NCBI GenBank assembly: GCA_963693365.1
Contig: CAVNZM010000001.1
Span: 6,774,907-6,838,906, forward strand
Length of the DNA stretch: 64,000 bases
Origin: Amoebidium appalachense
Taxonomy: Eukaryota > Protista > Ichthyosporea
Direction of reading: 5' to 3'
Shown here: in pieces, positions 1 to 26,517 of the stretch
Numbering within the stretch: the first letter of the stretch is position 1
Layout: every line of letters starts with the position of its first letter
Notes under the pieces: model-generated
Told to the model about the DNA's origin: nothing
Seen by the model: the letters and a program-made list of their open reading frames with translations, nothing else
The model's database searches: none
Program-made: the position numbers and the translations under genes

Positions 1-363
1 GGGCCGGTGTTAGATTTGGGGGCGAAGGCCTGAAGGTCTGAAGGATAAGGGAGAGGGGAGGGGGGGGGGAAGGCCTGAAGGCCTGAAGGCATAAGGGAGA
101 GGGGGAGGGTGAAGACGAGGAAGGTGGTTTGGGAGGAGTGCATGTGCCCGTTTTAGTGGCCCTGTGTGTGGGCGTTTGGGTAGGCGGAGGAAGCTGGGGG
201 GCTGGGGGGAGCCGAAGGAGGGGGAGGAGGGTGATTGGGATGTGCCAGTTACATTAGTCCTGTGTGTACTAGGCGTGTGGGTGGGGGGTGGGGGGTGGGG
301 GGTGGGGTGGGGGTAATGAAAGGCTGAGAGGAAGAAACCACACCTGTTGGGGGCAGAGAATAC

Positions 364-12615
<12,252 letters not shown>

Positions 12616-14084
12616 TTTTAAAGAAGCTATGGTATGAATCTCACCGAAACCACTGCAACTGCAAATGAGGGACAGCGGTGCGCAAGCCGGCTAAATCCAC
12701 GAAAGGGTTGTAAGATTCTCAAGCCGACCCGGCGGCGTCAAACTCGGCCCTAACTTCAATGTACATTGTAATAATTTAACAAGGATGTTTGCATAATGTT
12801 AGAGTATCAAATAGAATTTCATATGTGTCTGCATATGTAGGCATATATTGGTCTACACACATGGCAGTTACTGTATGAGCTGTAAAGGATACTCCAATTC
12901 TACGGTATGTCAGAGAAATAAATTTCGAGCCCCATATGCTTCTTCATTCTGATTGGCTTTGAATACACATACTGCATGATACAGCATCTTAGATCTCTGC
13001 TTCCTATTGGATGAATGAAATGCACGTCGATCCCGAACCAAATTTCAGCTACTTTAGAGTGCATTCTAAACATCTCTGCTGTCTTCTCGGACTGAATATC
13101 CATTGCCAGAATCAAAGAAATAATAAATAATTTATACATGGAATATTCTAGGCACGCCAATTCTAGTTTTACGGAATAAATGAAGGCTCGAAAGGTTTGC
13201 ACGGGTTGGCCTCGTGCGTTCCCATGAGTCTGATTGGTTGGTGGCATAAATCGTGCGAGTTTCCTAGCCGCTACTAGGGTTATGATCATGTCAAGGGTGC
13301 TTAGATTCCTTCTGATGTACGTTTACTTCCTTTTTATTTTATTTTTTTCACTTCTTTTTTTTTTTGTTGTTGTTAATTAGGGTCTCTAATAACAATGTTT
13401 ATCTCTTATCATGTGAGTTATTGCAATAATCACTATACTGTCAATAGTCGTGTGTCTTACGATCTGATCATGGCTGAGGAATTTTGGTAACTTCCACTCT
13501 TTGAATGGCGTAGGCTCGGCCAATAAGAAAATGCGAGTTGGCCTTTTGCCACCCCAGCGCCAACTAGGACACATGTTGTCCTAGCGCGGTGGCAATGTGG
13601 CTTTAGGTGTCTTGTTCTTTGTTTGGTTTTTTCCAAAACATGTTCAACAGCAGGAGGTACGGGCTCCATTTTCGTACATCTCCAGAACTTTTCTACTACA
13701 AAATATGTTACGTTGACTCATTTATGCCACAATGACACACTACCATATTTTCACACTTGAAAGATTCCTTTTTATGAACCATTAGGCACACATTCTGTTG
13801 TGCGGCATGTCACCGCGCCAGACTGGATAAAAAATATCCGCCAATCAAAGCATTGTGTCGAGATCCTACTTGGCTATGTTTGACTGGCGAAAGATGCACC
13901 AAAACAGATCTGCATGCTCCCAGGGGAACCTGACAACTAGCATTAGCATACATGCGAGAACACCCATGTGCCACACGTACCCAGTAACGACTTGTGTTTG
14001 TGACATTTTCAAGTGCATGGGATTCTAATCTATCGTCTCAAGCATATGAACAGAGGAAATTACGTGTAGGTGAGGGCTTGTAAA

Positions 14085-15135
14085 ATGGGCCCAATTGTGA
14101 GAAGCGGCCCTGTCAGGCCCGTGGGGACATGTCGAAGGCAGGGAGCCCCATTACAAAAAGACACGTTAACCACAGGCCCGAACGCTAGAAAAGTTCTTGG
14201 CGAGCTACAACAAAACTTCACATCTAACTCAAGTGGTAACAATGCAAATGCAAAACGGGGCAGCATTGTTAATGATGGCTGCGCACGTGCACGCAAACGC
14301 ACACGTATTGACACATGCAACAACACAACGTTAGCAAACTGCAACAACCCGGCGAGTACCAGACAAATCAGCAGCAGTCAATTAGGTAGTGGCAGTGCGG
14401 AGGAGCTTTCTTTTTCAAGAGAAGCAATGGATGCCGAAGAGGAGAATGCAAAAAGATTAATCGAAGAGGTGGAGGCACGGCGGCAACATGGGGTGGCCAG
14501 ATCGAAGGCGGCGATGGCTGATAAATTAAAACGTAACCGTGCTGAGGCACAGCAGAGGGACCGAGTTACTACAGGGGCATTCCCGCCCACGCCCATAGGG
14601 TCTGCGCAACCTTTTCTGCCCGACACAAAAAAGAAGTTGTCAGAGGCAGCCATTGAAAGTGTCTTGGCTATGACTTGCAGGTAAAGAAAAATCACACTTC
14701 TGGCGCACATCATCTGAGCCGGCGCATGTAAATTGACACTGTTTGAGCTAGCATTCCGTACATTCAATCATTAGTGGAATACTAGAGCGGAAGCCCGTGT
14801 GTGTGCCACATTCAAGTTCTGGTGCTCGTCAGCTCTGAGCCAACCAGTGGGGGGACTTGCTTCATTTTTACATTGCAGCTGCCTGTGGAATGCATAATGG
14901 GTGAGAAAATACTGTTATAGCTAGCTGTGATAGTATGATGACCGTCACGTAAGGGGTGGTATTGTACAGTATTCATTTGTTCTCATATGTCCTCCCTACT
15001 GCAGGTGCAATGACAACTGCTACGAGAGATTCACGTCAGCGCAGGTGAAAAACCTGAGGACTCGGTGGCTCTGTTTGCCTCCGTCAGTTCGCAACCAGGC
15101 GCTGTTCGACTATATGACCCAGCATTTGTAAGCAG

Positions 15136-15169
<34 letters not shown>

Positions 15170-15789
15170 GAAATTATACCCAAATATATCTCTCAAGCCA
15201 TTTTAACCCAGGCGAGGTAAGGCTAAAACAAGGCTAAAACAAGTACCCCCCCTTTTTTTATAGATATCACCCCCCCCCCCCCCCCCCCCCCATCCCCCCT
15301 TTTATAGATATCAGGAGTCAATGACATCCTAATACCTTAATGTTGCCGAATACTCGTCTAACGCTTGCCCATTAAATGCTCTGCTCACGGACGTACAATA
15401 TGCAGTTCTTCTATACAGACACTTCTCGGTGCCATTGTGTGCAGTCCGGTATGAAGGGTGAACTCTGCATGCTGATGTACATAGATTATGATACTTCCCC
15501 TCGGATACAATCTCATCTCACCCCACGTAATTGCTACCATAGGGTGAAGCTTGGCAACAACAGCACGTCCCAGAACAAGTCTGGCGTCCAAGCGGGCAAG
15601 GTCGAGATACCGTGGATTCTGGACAACACAGGGGTAACCCAAACCCCCCCTCCCCCCCCCCCCCCCCCTTCCCCCCCGAAACCCACACACACACACACAC
15701 ACACACGTAGTATACACACGCACCGCACGCACACACGCATGCACGCACGCACGCACGCACACACACACTCAAGCATGCAAACACACGTG

Positions 15790-15822
<33 letters not shown>

Positions 15823-16985
15823 CAGTGCCACGCACACGCACACACACACACACACACACACGAACACACGAACAGGCACACACACACACACACACACACC
15901 TCATACGTACAAGCTCACACACATGCCCTCATGCACACATGCCCACACCCACACACCCACGCACCCACGCACCCACCCACGCACCCACGCACCCACACAA
16001 TCAGCATCACACAGGCATATAACACGGCAGCAACTAATGTGGTTGCATCCAGAGTTCGGCACATACTACGCACAGAGTTCGGCAAACAGTTGTGCTTTTG
16101 TGCTGGTCCGGCCACACACACCACCCCAACCGCCAGTTTTTTATTTATTTTTTTTATTTTTATTTTAACACGTTTGGTTAACGTCATCCACCTGCTGCCG
16201 GAAGAGTGCATAGGACACAGTCCCATTAGCTACGTTAGAACACCAACCGCCAGTGACTTATAAATTTTTAAATTTTGGATAAAACTTAAAAACTGAGATG
16301 TGCATGTGGACAGAAATTTTAAGCGTGTTTATAGGGAGAGAAGGAGAGAGCTCTAGATACACAAGAGGGTCAAAAAGGGGGACCGGGCCTGGACCACGTG
16401 ATGGCTTCGTTGATGCTCATGCCAACACATGACGGTTGCCACGCGCGTGCAAATCTGAGAGAGAGAGAGAGAGGGAGAGAGAGGGGGAGAGAGAGAGAGG
16501 GGGGGGGGGGAGAGAGAGAGAGAGAGAGTGTGTGTGTGTGTGTGTGTTGGGTGGGGGGGGGGGGGGGGGGGGGAAGGGCTATTCGTTGGCAAGAGCCAGG
16601 AGAGACAGGGGGAAGAGTGGTGTCTATTGGTCTAATAAAGTAATGATGAATACCGGAGGGGGGGGGGGGGGGGGATGGGGGATTGGGGCGGGGGGGGGGG
16701 GGGGGGGGGAAAGGGGGGAGGAAAGAACGGGAGGGGAGGGGGGGGGGGGGGGAGGGGCGAGGTCTGCCAGGCATAGAGAGGGAGATGCAGACAGAGGGGG
16801 AGGGGGGAGGGAGGAGGTGAATACCGGAGGGGGGGGGGGGGATGGGGGATTGGGGCGGGGGGGGGGGGGGGGGGGGAGAGGGGGAGGAAAGAACGGGAGG
16901 GGAGGGGGGGGGGGGGGGGGGGGGCGAGGTCTGCCAGGCATAGAGAGGGAGATGCAGACAGAGGGGGGGGGGGGGGGGAGGGAGG

Positions 16986-17040
<55 letters not shown>

Positions 17041-17539
17041 GATGGGGGCAGGAAGGCCGGGGGAGGAGCGGGCCCGGGTGGGGAGAGCATGGAATGATAA
17101 CATGTGTGAAGGAGCAGCGAGGTCGGTGAGGAAGAAGGGGAGGGGGGGGGAGGGGAACAAGGTTAAGAAAAACAATACACCAAATGACCTCCCCCCCCCC
17201 CCCCCCCCCCCCCCCCGCCCCACCGCCCCCTCCCCCCTCCCCATCCCATTCATTTCATCCCAGATCTGCCAAGAAGCATTCATCAACATCATGGGAATGT
17301 GCCGAAACACGTTCATGGCCAGAAAGAATGAATTCCTACAAGGAGCTCGGTTTTACGTACATGGCAACACCGGTGAAGGCAACATCTCTTTGGCGGTGGA
17401 GAGATTTATTGCCTGGTTTTCCGAATTCATCGACCTCATCGGTCAGTTGATGCCCGACACGTCTACGATACGCTTGCCGCCCGCTTACACCAAGGAAGAG
17501 ATCTGGATGGAGTACGTCAGGGTGTGTATTTCATATATA

Positions 17540-17570
<31 letters not shown>

Positions 17571-17913
17571 ACCACATCTCAATGCATACACCTACACGCA
17601 CGTACATACGCACACACGCAACTACGTACACGGAATTACACACACATGCACACATGCACACATGCACACCGTTCTACACACACATACACACATACACGAA
17701 CACGTATTATAAACATGCACGCTAACACATGCACAAGCATACACTGCTGGGCACAGCCACCCACCCACCCACCCGCTCACCTGCTAAACCTCATTCCCAC
17801 ACACAAACACACCCATAAACTGTCAGAGAGAGAGAGACACCGACCCCCCCCCCCCCCCCCCCCCCCCAACCCACACAGGCGCATGCAGCATCATATTGCT
17901 TCACATTACCTTA

Positions 17914-17952
<39 letters not shown>

Positions 17953-19385
17953 TTCTCGAACACAAAATCAATAGAACACAAACACACACACCCACACCCA
18001 CCCACCCACCACCCCACCCACCCGCAGCCACACCCCTACACTCACACCCACACCCAAACCCACACCCACATACGTATATAATTTGCTCTCCCCCCTCCCC
18101 CCTCCCCCCTCCCCCCCACAAGCACTCCTGCATATATGGTACAATGCAACCAAGGAAGCCCACGAACACACAAGCACAGGAAAACATGGCTGGGCATTCA
18201 GACACACCCACCCGCAAACCCACCCACCCATCCACCAATCTACCCAAACAACCAAATTCCCGCGGGTCCACACACTCACTCGTAAATCCACCTATTCACG
18301 AAACTTGCTTTATCTCACTCAGTGTCACCTGTTTAACCTCATTACCCAGATACAAACACACCCAGGCACACACAGAGAGATACCAACCCACACAATGCCG
18401 TCCACCCACCCACACAGGCACATCCATCACAATGTCATATTGACCCACACTGCCTTACCCATGCCTTCACCATCGAAGCACACGTGGCATGCAATGGTGC
18501 ACGTGAAACCCCACTCCCCCCCCCCCCCCCATCCCCCCCCCTCCTTCCCTCCCCCCTCCCCCCCCCCCCCCCCCCCCCCCCCCCAACCGAACAACACACA
18601 AGCACTATGGCATCCTTATCAACATGCATACATACATAAACAACCTTTTGAAACACAAGCGTGTGACATGCATTTTATCGTACATTATTAACTTTTACAA
18701 CCAGCACACTGCAACTCAGGAGGTTATGCACACACACATACACACATACCCACACACACACACAAACTTCAAACGACACACACATGCAATCACACACCAC
18801 ACAGCACATTACACATGTCCCTATTACCATCGAAGCAACACCCAAACACCCAAACAAACAAAGGGACATCCATTACGAAACACAAACACACACACACACA
18901 GGCACACAAGCACATACACACGTACACACGCACAGTGTCAGGCACACACACATGCAAGGGCACCCACACACATACACACACGAAAACATCCATCCAAAAC
19001 TCCACATTCGAAACACAACCTCTATTCTACCCATACAGATATTGTTACATAAATACTGACCTACGTCCGCTTGGAAAACACAGGATATCACAGCCGAGGA
19101 CACAGCCAACCAAGAAGAATTCGAGGCACGGTGGGCACAGCTCCATCCCGATTTCGACGAACAGGAACATGTACTTGGCCCCGACCAGGCACGTCTCTCT
19201 CCCCCCCTCTGTGTGGCTGTGTACATGTGTGTGTACGCGTGTGCTTGTGTGTGTGTATGTGTTTTTTTTTTTTTTGGGGGGGGGGGGGAGGGGGGGGAGG
19301 GGGGGATGTGGAGGAAGACAACAGGGTGGGCAGTTTAAGCATGTGTGTGAGAATGTGTGCGTGTATGGGTACGTGTGTGCATGCT

Positions 19386-19464
<79 letters not shown>

Positions 19465-19697
19465 TGGAGAACTTGGGAGGGGGGAGGGGGGGGGGGGCAA
19501 GCACTGCAATGTTGAGTACATTGGGGCAAACAGAGTGTATACCGAGGGAGAGGGGGGCAGGGGGGGATAATGGGCCAAACCTGTCCATCTTCCGTATTTG
19601 GGATAGTATACGTCGTAATGTAGCCTGACATCCTGACATCATGTGAGGTATGCAGCATAACATGCACCTCCATGCAACCCTACTTCTTAAGCGCCTA

Positions 19698-19777
<80 letters not shown>

Positions 19778-20262
19778 CGTGTGTGTTACAGTATGTGTAC
19801 GTCAGAATGTGTAGGCGAATTGGTATGTGAGCATACGTGCATGAAATCGTGTAAACCCCCCCCCTCCCCCCCCCCCCCCCCCCCCCCCTCCCCCGGGGGG
19901 GAAGGCAGAACAACAAGAACAACAACAACAAAAAAAAACACCCCGCCTACACCTTACTGACAGAGAGAAAAAAACCCACACTAATCGATCTTCACACCTT
20001 CCAGACTGCCTCAGGCCACAAGCGCAAACGGCAAGCACGGGTAACAGACAAGGGCTACCTTGATCAAGAGGGGTTTCACGCAGCCTGGAGAACCCATTTC
20101 AAGGGTGTAAGTTTAAGCACCGAGACCACCAACTTCGTCAAATGTGAGTACTGCTGCATTCTCAAGGCCCGCCTCAAGCTGGCCACCACCAATGCTGCAA
20201 GGATCCACATCCGTGAACTGCGGGAGGCACACATCAATCTCCAAAGGCTGGTGGCCCCCCTC

Positions 20263-20295
<33 letters not shown>

Positions 20296-20475
20296 ACCCA
20301 CCCACCAAACGCCATCACCACCACCACCATCATTACGTGCACGGCACACACATACACAAAACCTTTACAACATCACACCTGACAACATCTTCCAAAGTAA
20401 ACACCCACGCACGCACATTCACACACACACACACACACACACAAACAAGCATGCACACCTGCACACTCCCGCGTA

Positions 20476-20569
<94 letters not shown>

Positions 20570-20700
20570 CCACAACCACACAGTCCGCCTCCCCCTCCCC
20601 CCTCCCCCCATCCCCCCTCACACACACACACACAGTCACATGTTCTCGTGGAGGAGGGCAAAGAAAGGGGGGGGAGGGGGGGGGGGGCAGCGGTGTTGTG

Positions 20701-20769
<69 letters not shown>

Positions 20770-20967
20770 TTTGTGGTGTGCGTGTGCGTGTGTGTGTGGT
20801 TGCGTGCGCGCATGCACGTGTGCGCAAGCACTTGGACTTCCCTCCCCCCCCCCCAAACACCATCACCACCACCACCATCATTACATGCACGGCACACGCA
20901 TACACACAACCTCTAAAACAACACACCTGACAACCTGTTCCAAAATAAACACCCACGCACGCACATT

Positions 20968-21019
<52 letters not shown>

Positions 21020-21083
21020 TGCACACCCGCACACCCGCACGTACCACACATGCACACACACAACCACAACCACACAGTCTTCC

Positions 21084-21118
<35 letters not shown>

Positions 21119-21203
21119 ACTTGAACAAAACACACACACATAGTCATGTTTTCGTGGAGGAGGGAAAAAAAAAGGGGGGGAGCTTGGGTAGTGGCGTTGT
21201 GCA

Positions 21204-21268
<65 letters not shown>

Positions 21269-23481
21269 ACGTGTGTGCGCAAGCACTTGCAAGTGACTGT
21301 GTGTACGTGTGTGCCTGCGCGTAGGGTATTTGGGTTGGTATTTGGGTTTGTATCTGGCGACATCACATGTATTTCAAATCACCGCATCGCGCACATCTCT
21401 TTGGTAGCAACTTCCTGCAATCAAAGTATGTCACTATATACATACACATATTCGCAACTAGAGTGCATGAAACCGCACAGCTTTGTCGTACACACACATA
21501 TTCGCAATTATTAGAGTGCATGAAACCGCACAGTTGTGTCGTACAGCCATTGAAGATAAACGAGTGACGTCATCCTAGTACCAACTAGGATGACGTCATC
21601 CTAGTTGTAACTAGGATATATTGTCCTAGTTGTAACTAGGATCCAGAGTCCTAGTTGTGATTAGGATCGGGTCTCCTGGTTGACACTAGGATTATGATCC
21701 TCCTAACCATATATATATAGTGATTGACCATGAGATGTCACAGAAAGGAGAGAGAGAGCTATTACCAGCATCGGTCAGCTGCAATTCGGGAGCCACACAA
21801 GTACATGAGTGTCATCGTTGACTCAATGGACCAAGCAAAATCCGAAATCCCGAACGTACATTGGAACTCCAAAGCCGCGAGCTCGATTCCCAAGAAGGCC
21901 GTTCGGATAACCAGTGTCCTCGTTCATGGCCGCACCCTCTACACAATCGTGGATGAGCACGGTCGCAAGGGTGCCAATGTCCAAATCGCGGCACTCACGT
22001 TGGCAATCGAGCGTGAATTGGAGATACGGGGCTCGTTGCCAGAGACGTTGTACGTGCAAATGGATAACGCCTCCGAGAATCATTGCAACGCAATGATGCA
22101 ATTTTTTGAATTACTCGTTTCTAGGGGTGTGTTCACCACTGTGGAGTGTTCGTTCCTTCTTCCGGGACATACGCACGAGGATATCGATGGCCGCTTTCGG
22201 GGATTCAACCATTACCTGACTGAGCAACCGCCGCGGACTGTTCCCGATTTGATGGAGACTTTGAAAAAGCGACCAAGATCGAAAGATTTAGCGCCGTATA
22301 TTCGCCAAAGAGGGAGAGTGGTGGAGCCTCCTGAGGTGCACAATGTACAAGCCATTCCAGAGTTCACAGAGTGGTTAGCCCCTTGCGCCGATCCCCTGTC
22401 GTACTTCGCAAAATGGCGATGCTTCCGATGGATCAAACTGGACACTGGCGTAAAATTTGAGGTTCGGCGACTTGCCAGCCAAGGCGAGTGGATAGAATGT
22501 AGAGGTTCGCGTAAGGCTCTTCTTCACACGCTCCCCAACCAGCCTGCATCGATGTCAATCAAGGTGAACCAAGGGTCGTCTATTCAGCCTTTTCCGATTT
22601 GGCTACGCGAACAATGGGGCACACTTGGAAGTATGCTTGAGCGATTGGCTAAGGACAATGTATTTTTGGACCCTGATGGAGAGCACCTGGAGTGGTGGAA
22701 GGAGCAAGCGCAGAGTGCCGGATATGATACAGTGACAGGCGAGTTCACGCAACCTGCGCCGGCATTCGAAAATGTCATTACGTTTCCCTTTCGGCTGGTT
22801 AGCGATTTGACATCCAATCGATCATACCCGCGACCGCCCCCTCCAGGTCTTCCGGCCATCCCGGACGAACTTGAAGATCCGAACAACAGAGATGGAGATG
22901 ACTGCGACATACCGTGCATTGGGGCTGACGGTAGGAGGGAAAGGCGCCAAATCGTAAAATTTACAAACCCGGGTGCTCCCAACGAAAATGATTTTGTGTT
23001 GGTGCACACTTGGGACGACGCACAGAATACTCCCGGATCAGACTACTTGGGGGAATTTTGTGTGGCGAAAGTAATTCATATTGAAAATCCAGAGGCCCTA
23101 CCGGCTGATAGAACTTTTTGGGTGCATTGGTGGTGTCCTGATGGTGTGGCTAGTGATCTGAGATATGACGCAAAACTGCAACCTATGTTTATTCACAAGG
23201 AAGATCCTGCAAGGCAGACTTCCACTACCTTTCCAGTTTTGACTTGCACAGATAAAAGTTTTCAGGGGTTCTATAGGCCGAATGTACAGAAGGAGCAGTT
23301 AAAGGAATATGTTCAATGGATAGACCCTGTGAAATTCGAGAATATGTGTGGGACGATTTCTACCGGAAGTAGTTTTCTTGGAAAATCGGGTAAGGGTAAC
23401 AGGTTCAATGTTGTAAAATCTCAATTAATGGCATTGCTCGAATTAAGCAAATCGGAGGTCAAGCGGGGTTTGGAAAAATAA
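14085..23481 (+). CDS. DUF7869/Sola-like DDD transposase, ~1050 aa, 7 exons
   Basis: Exons 14085-14680, 15005-15127, 15543-15633, 17264-17521, 19084-19188, 20005-20250 (or 20246), 21748 (or 21744)-23481 join in frame. Motifs: [32 protein letters not shown], and the catalytic-type triad VIVDSMDQ / [10 protein letters not shown] / [15 protein letters not shown]. Confidence 0.85.
20305..21290. repeat. ~540-bp imperfect tandem duplication in transposase intron 6
   Basis: CCATCACCACCACCACCATCATTAC..CACACCTGACAAC..CCAAA..(CA)n..AGTCA..TCGTGGAGGAGGG..(GT)n..GCGCAAGCACTTG occurs twice. Confidence 0.85.
21565..21692. repeat. Array of five ~25-bp palindromic units (TCCTAGTTGTAACTAGGA) in the last transposase intron
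   Basis: Read directly. The first unit extends to a 34-bp near-perfect palindrome, TGACGTCATCCTAGT-ACCA-ACTAGGATGACGTCA. Units degrade rightwards. Confidence 0.9.
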
Positions 23482-24056
23482 TAGTACTGAACAAAAGTAA
23501 GAATCTTATCCATGTTTTAGCAAACACTTCTAAATTTTCGTAAAGTCTGATTGGTGTGAATGACGCATGGCTGTGCCAACCCATAATATTATAGCCTCAG
23601 GCATTGCCGGCAACTTATTTTTGACCCAAAATTGCAAAAATAAAACGGCAGAAATCGCTGCACGTGTCCATTATCTCAAAAGTCCTAAGTACCCTCCTTA
23701 TATAAAAAGGCCCGGGCGTTCAGTGTGCCTTTTTTTTTTTTTTTTTTTTTTTTTGAACTATTAATGGGGGGGCGGGGGTGGTTTAGGGGGGAGGGGGGAT
23801 GATCTCACCATCTACTTGCCGTGCAGACACTGGTACGCAAAAAAAGAACACCACGTCGTTGGACATAGAGATTTATTACACCTTCGATTTTTTACATCGT
23901 CCTATGTGAATATGTGCTGCCTTGTCACTACACGTTAAGAGTTGGTCATTCGCTGAACATACATGCTATAGATCGCAACTACCGTACTGTTTACATATAC
24001 ATATGCATATATCAGGGCTATTGTTTGTTAGTTAAAAAAAAAGCGGGTTTGCGCGT

Positions 24057-25284
24057 TCAGTGGGCCAGCTCCCTTGTGATCTCGGTGATGCCGTAGCGCA
24101 TCTTGCTGTGCCACAGGCCGTAGGATGCGTAGACAATCAGGCCGACGGCCAGCCACACGAGGAACCGGTAGAGGGTCTCCACGCCGGTCGACGACATCAG
24201 CCAAATGCACATGGCCATGGACAGCACGGGCACAATGGGGAACTCGTAGCGCACGCCGTTGCGGTTGATTGGGATGTTGCCAAACACCCGGAACAGCCGC
24301 TGGGCATCGGGCTGGGTGAAGCGCAGAACAATGCATATGACGCCGAGGGACACGAGCACAAAAGCAAACAGCGTGCCGATGGACGACATGTCCGCAAGCA
24401 CGTCGATGGGCAGCACGGCGCTGGCAACGGCAATGAACACACACACTGCTTATGATGGTGGTGACGTGGGGCGTGCCGAAGCGCGGGTGGATCTTGGCGC
24501 AGACCTCGGGCAGCAGGCCGTCCTTGGCCATGGAGTAGAAGATGCAGGGCTGGCCCATCTGTATGACCAGCAGCACGGACGTCAGACCGCACATGGCCGC
24601 CAGCGTGACGTAGATCACAAGCCCCTTGCCGCCAATGGCGTCGGCAACAAGGGCCATGGGGGATGCAGACTTGGCAAACTCGGTGTAGCTGATGACCCCC
24701 ACAAGCACGGTGGACATGAGGATGTACAGCACCGTGCAGACGCCCAGCGACCCGAGCACACCGATGGGGAGGTCCCGCTGGGGCACCTTGGCCTCCTGCA
24801 CAATGCACGTGACGGCATCAAAGCCGATGTAGGCAAAGAACACAACCACAGCCGCACGCATCACACCGGCAAAGCCATACACGTCACCGCCCTCATTGGG
24901 GGGCATGAAGGGCGTGTAGTTGTCGGGGTCGACCTTGGTGAAGCCCCAGATGATGACCGTGAGCACGGCCGAGCCCTTGATGGCCACGATGATGTGGTTC
25001 ATCCACGCAGACTACTTGATGCCCACCACCAGCACAATCGTCACAATCGTGCAGATCATCGCTGCCAGCAGATCCACGTAGTTGCCCGTGGTCACAAACG
25101 AGCTCGTCTTGGCGTCCCACGTGATGGGCGCAGAGCAGAAGCGGTGGTCAAAGGTCACGCCAAATGCGGCCTTAGAGAACGTGGAGAAGTAGGCCGACCA
25201 GCCCACAGCCACGGCCGCAGAGCCAATTATGTACTCGAGAAGAAGCGTCCAGTCAATGACCCAGGCGACGGACAAAGCAGCGTT
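24057..25284 (-). pseudogene. 5'-truncated cationic amino-acid permease (APC/CAT family) pseudogene
   Basis: Family motifs WVIDWTLLLEY, NYTPFMP, FFAYIGFDAV, QEAKVPQRDLPIG, MAKDGLLP, IHPRFGTPH, SIGTLFAF. In-frame TAG at 25012-25014, a frameshift in a (GT)n run near 24440, no start codon and no introns. Confidence 0.88.
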
Positions 25285-25836
25285 TAGCCAGTGGAGCCCT
25301 TGGGTCCATCAAATAATGTTCAAATGTGTGAAGTATGATGTATGACACATTAGTACACCCACTGCACACACACACATCAAATACGCAGGCACGTGCATGC
25401 AAATATTGGCCCAACTGAACCACATGACCAGATTTATCTTGCTCAGGACGGAATGATTTGGCGTCTTGACAATAAACCCGAGGATAGTTCTGCAATCAAT
25501 CCACGGTCTCAAGGAATAACTATGCTTTATGAAGAATAATTATGCATTGTTAAATAATAATTATGCATTTTGAAGAATAACTCTACTCACAGTCACTGGC
25601 ATACTGCTGCTGCCAGTAGAATATTTCTAATATATGGCAGAAGGAACCTGCTTTAATGTACAATGGGGTGGCAGTGCCCCCCCCCCCCCTTTTTTTTTTT
25701 TTTTTCTTCTCTGTGTGTGTGTGTGTGTGTGTGTGTGCACGGCGTGTATGTGTTTGTGTGTGTGTGGGTAGAGGAATGGAGGGAGAGGAATTGGCTCTCA
25801 CAAAATCTACATTTTACAAGTGATAGTCAAAAGCCC

Positions 25837-25867
<31 letters not shown>

Positions 25868-25913
25868 AAGTCTAACCCAATAGACTATTCAGCCGGTGGG
25901 GAAGCCTTTCGGG

Positions 25914-25970
25914 TGGGCGGGCGGGCGGGCGGGCGGGCGGGCGGGCGGGCGGGCGGGCGGGCAGGCAGGC
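25914..25970. repeat. (GGGC)n tetranucleotide repeat
   Basis: Read directly. It has G-quadruplex potential. Confidence 0.9.
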
Positions 25971-26517
25971 TGGGGGGCGGAGGGGGGGGGGGGGGGAGGA
26001 GAGGAAGGGGGGGGGGGGGGGGGGGGGGGGGGGGGAGGGGGGGAGGGGGGAAGTTGAGGGGATGGGGCTCTTTGAATGCTACCTTTATGATTCGGAGCAA
26101 AATCTTAAAAAAATAAAAAATTATCAAAAATAACGAAGTCAACCCAGGAGGTGCAGCCGGTTAGCAAGCCGTTCGGGCAGGTGGTGGTGGTGCCAGTGGT
26201 GGTTGGGGGGAAGGGGGGGGGGGGGGGGGAGGGGGGGGGAGGGGGGTAGAGGGGGTATTTGCATTTTTATTTTCTAGCAGGCGCCAGTGGTGATGTTGCA
26301 GACTGAATATTCACAATATGAAGGAGATCTATTTTTCGCGATCCACACATGGAACCCAAGTTGTGCTGTGATTCATCCAGTGAACACAGCCACACACTAA
26401 ACTTTGTGACTATAACACGCAACACTAGTTCCGGCTAGCTGCACTGCCAAAGGTGGCAGGAACAGTAACTAACAATCGGCTTGTGCAATGAGATAACCTT
26501 GTGCCGAAAACAACCAT

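Noticed and set aside
21565-21692. Possible CRISPR array
   Set aside because: Spacers are only 5-6 bp, there are no cas genes, and the context is a eukaryotic intron.
23680-23760. Right TIR of the Sola-like transposon
   Set aside because: No matching inverted sequence is visible inside the window, so the boundary cannot be supported.
24259-25287. 342-aa plus-strand ORF
   Set aside because: It is the antisense shadow of the GC3-rich permease pseudogene.
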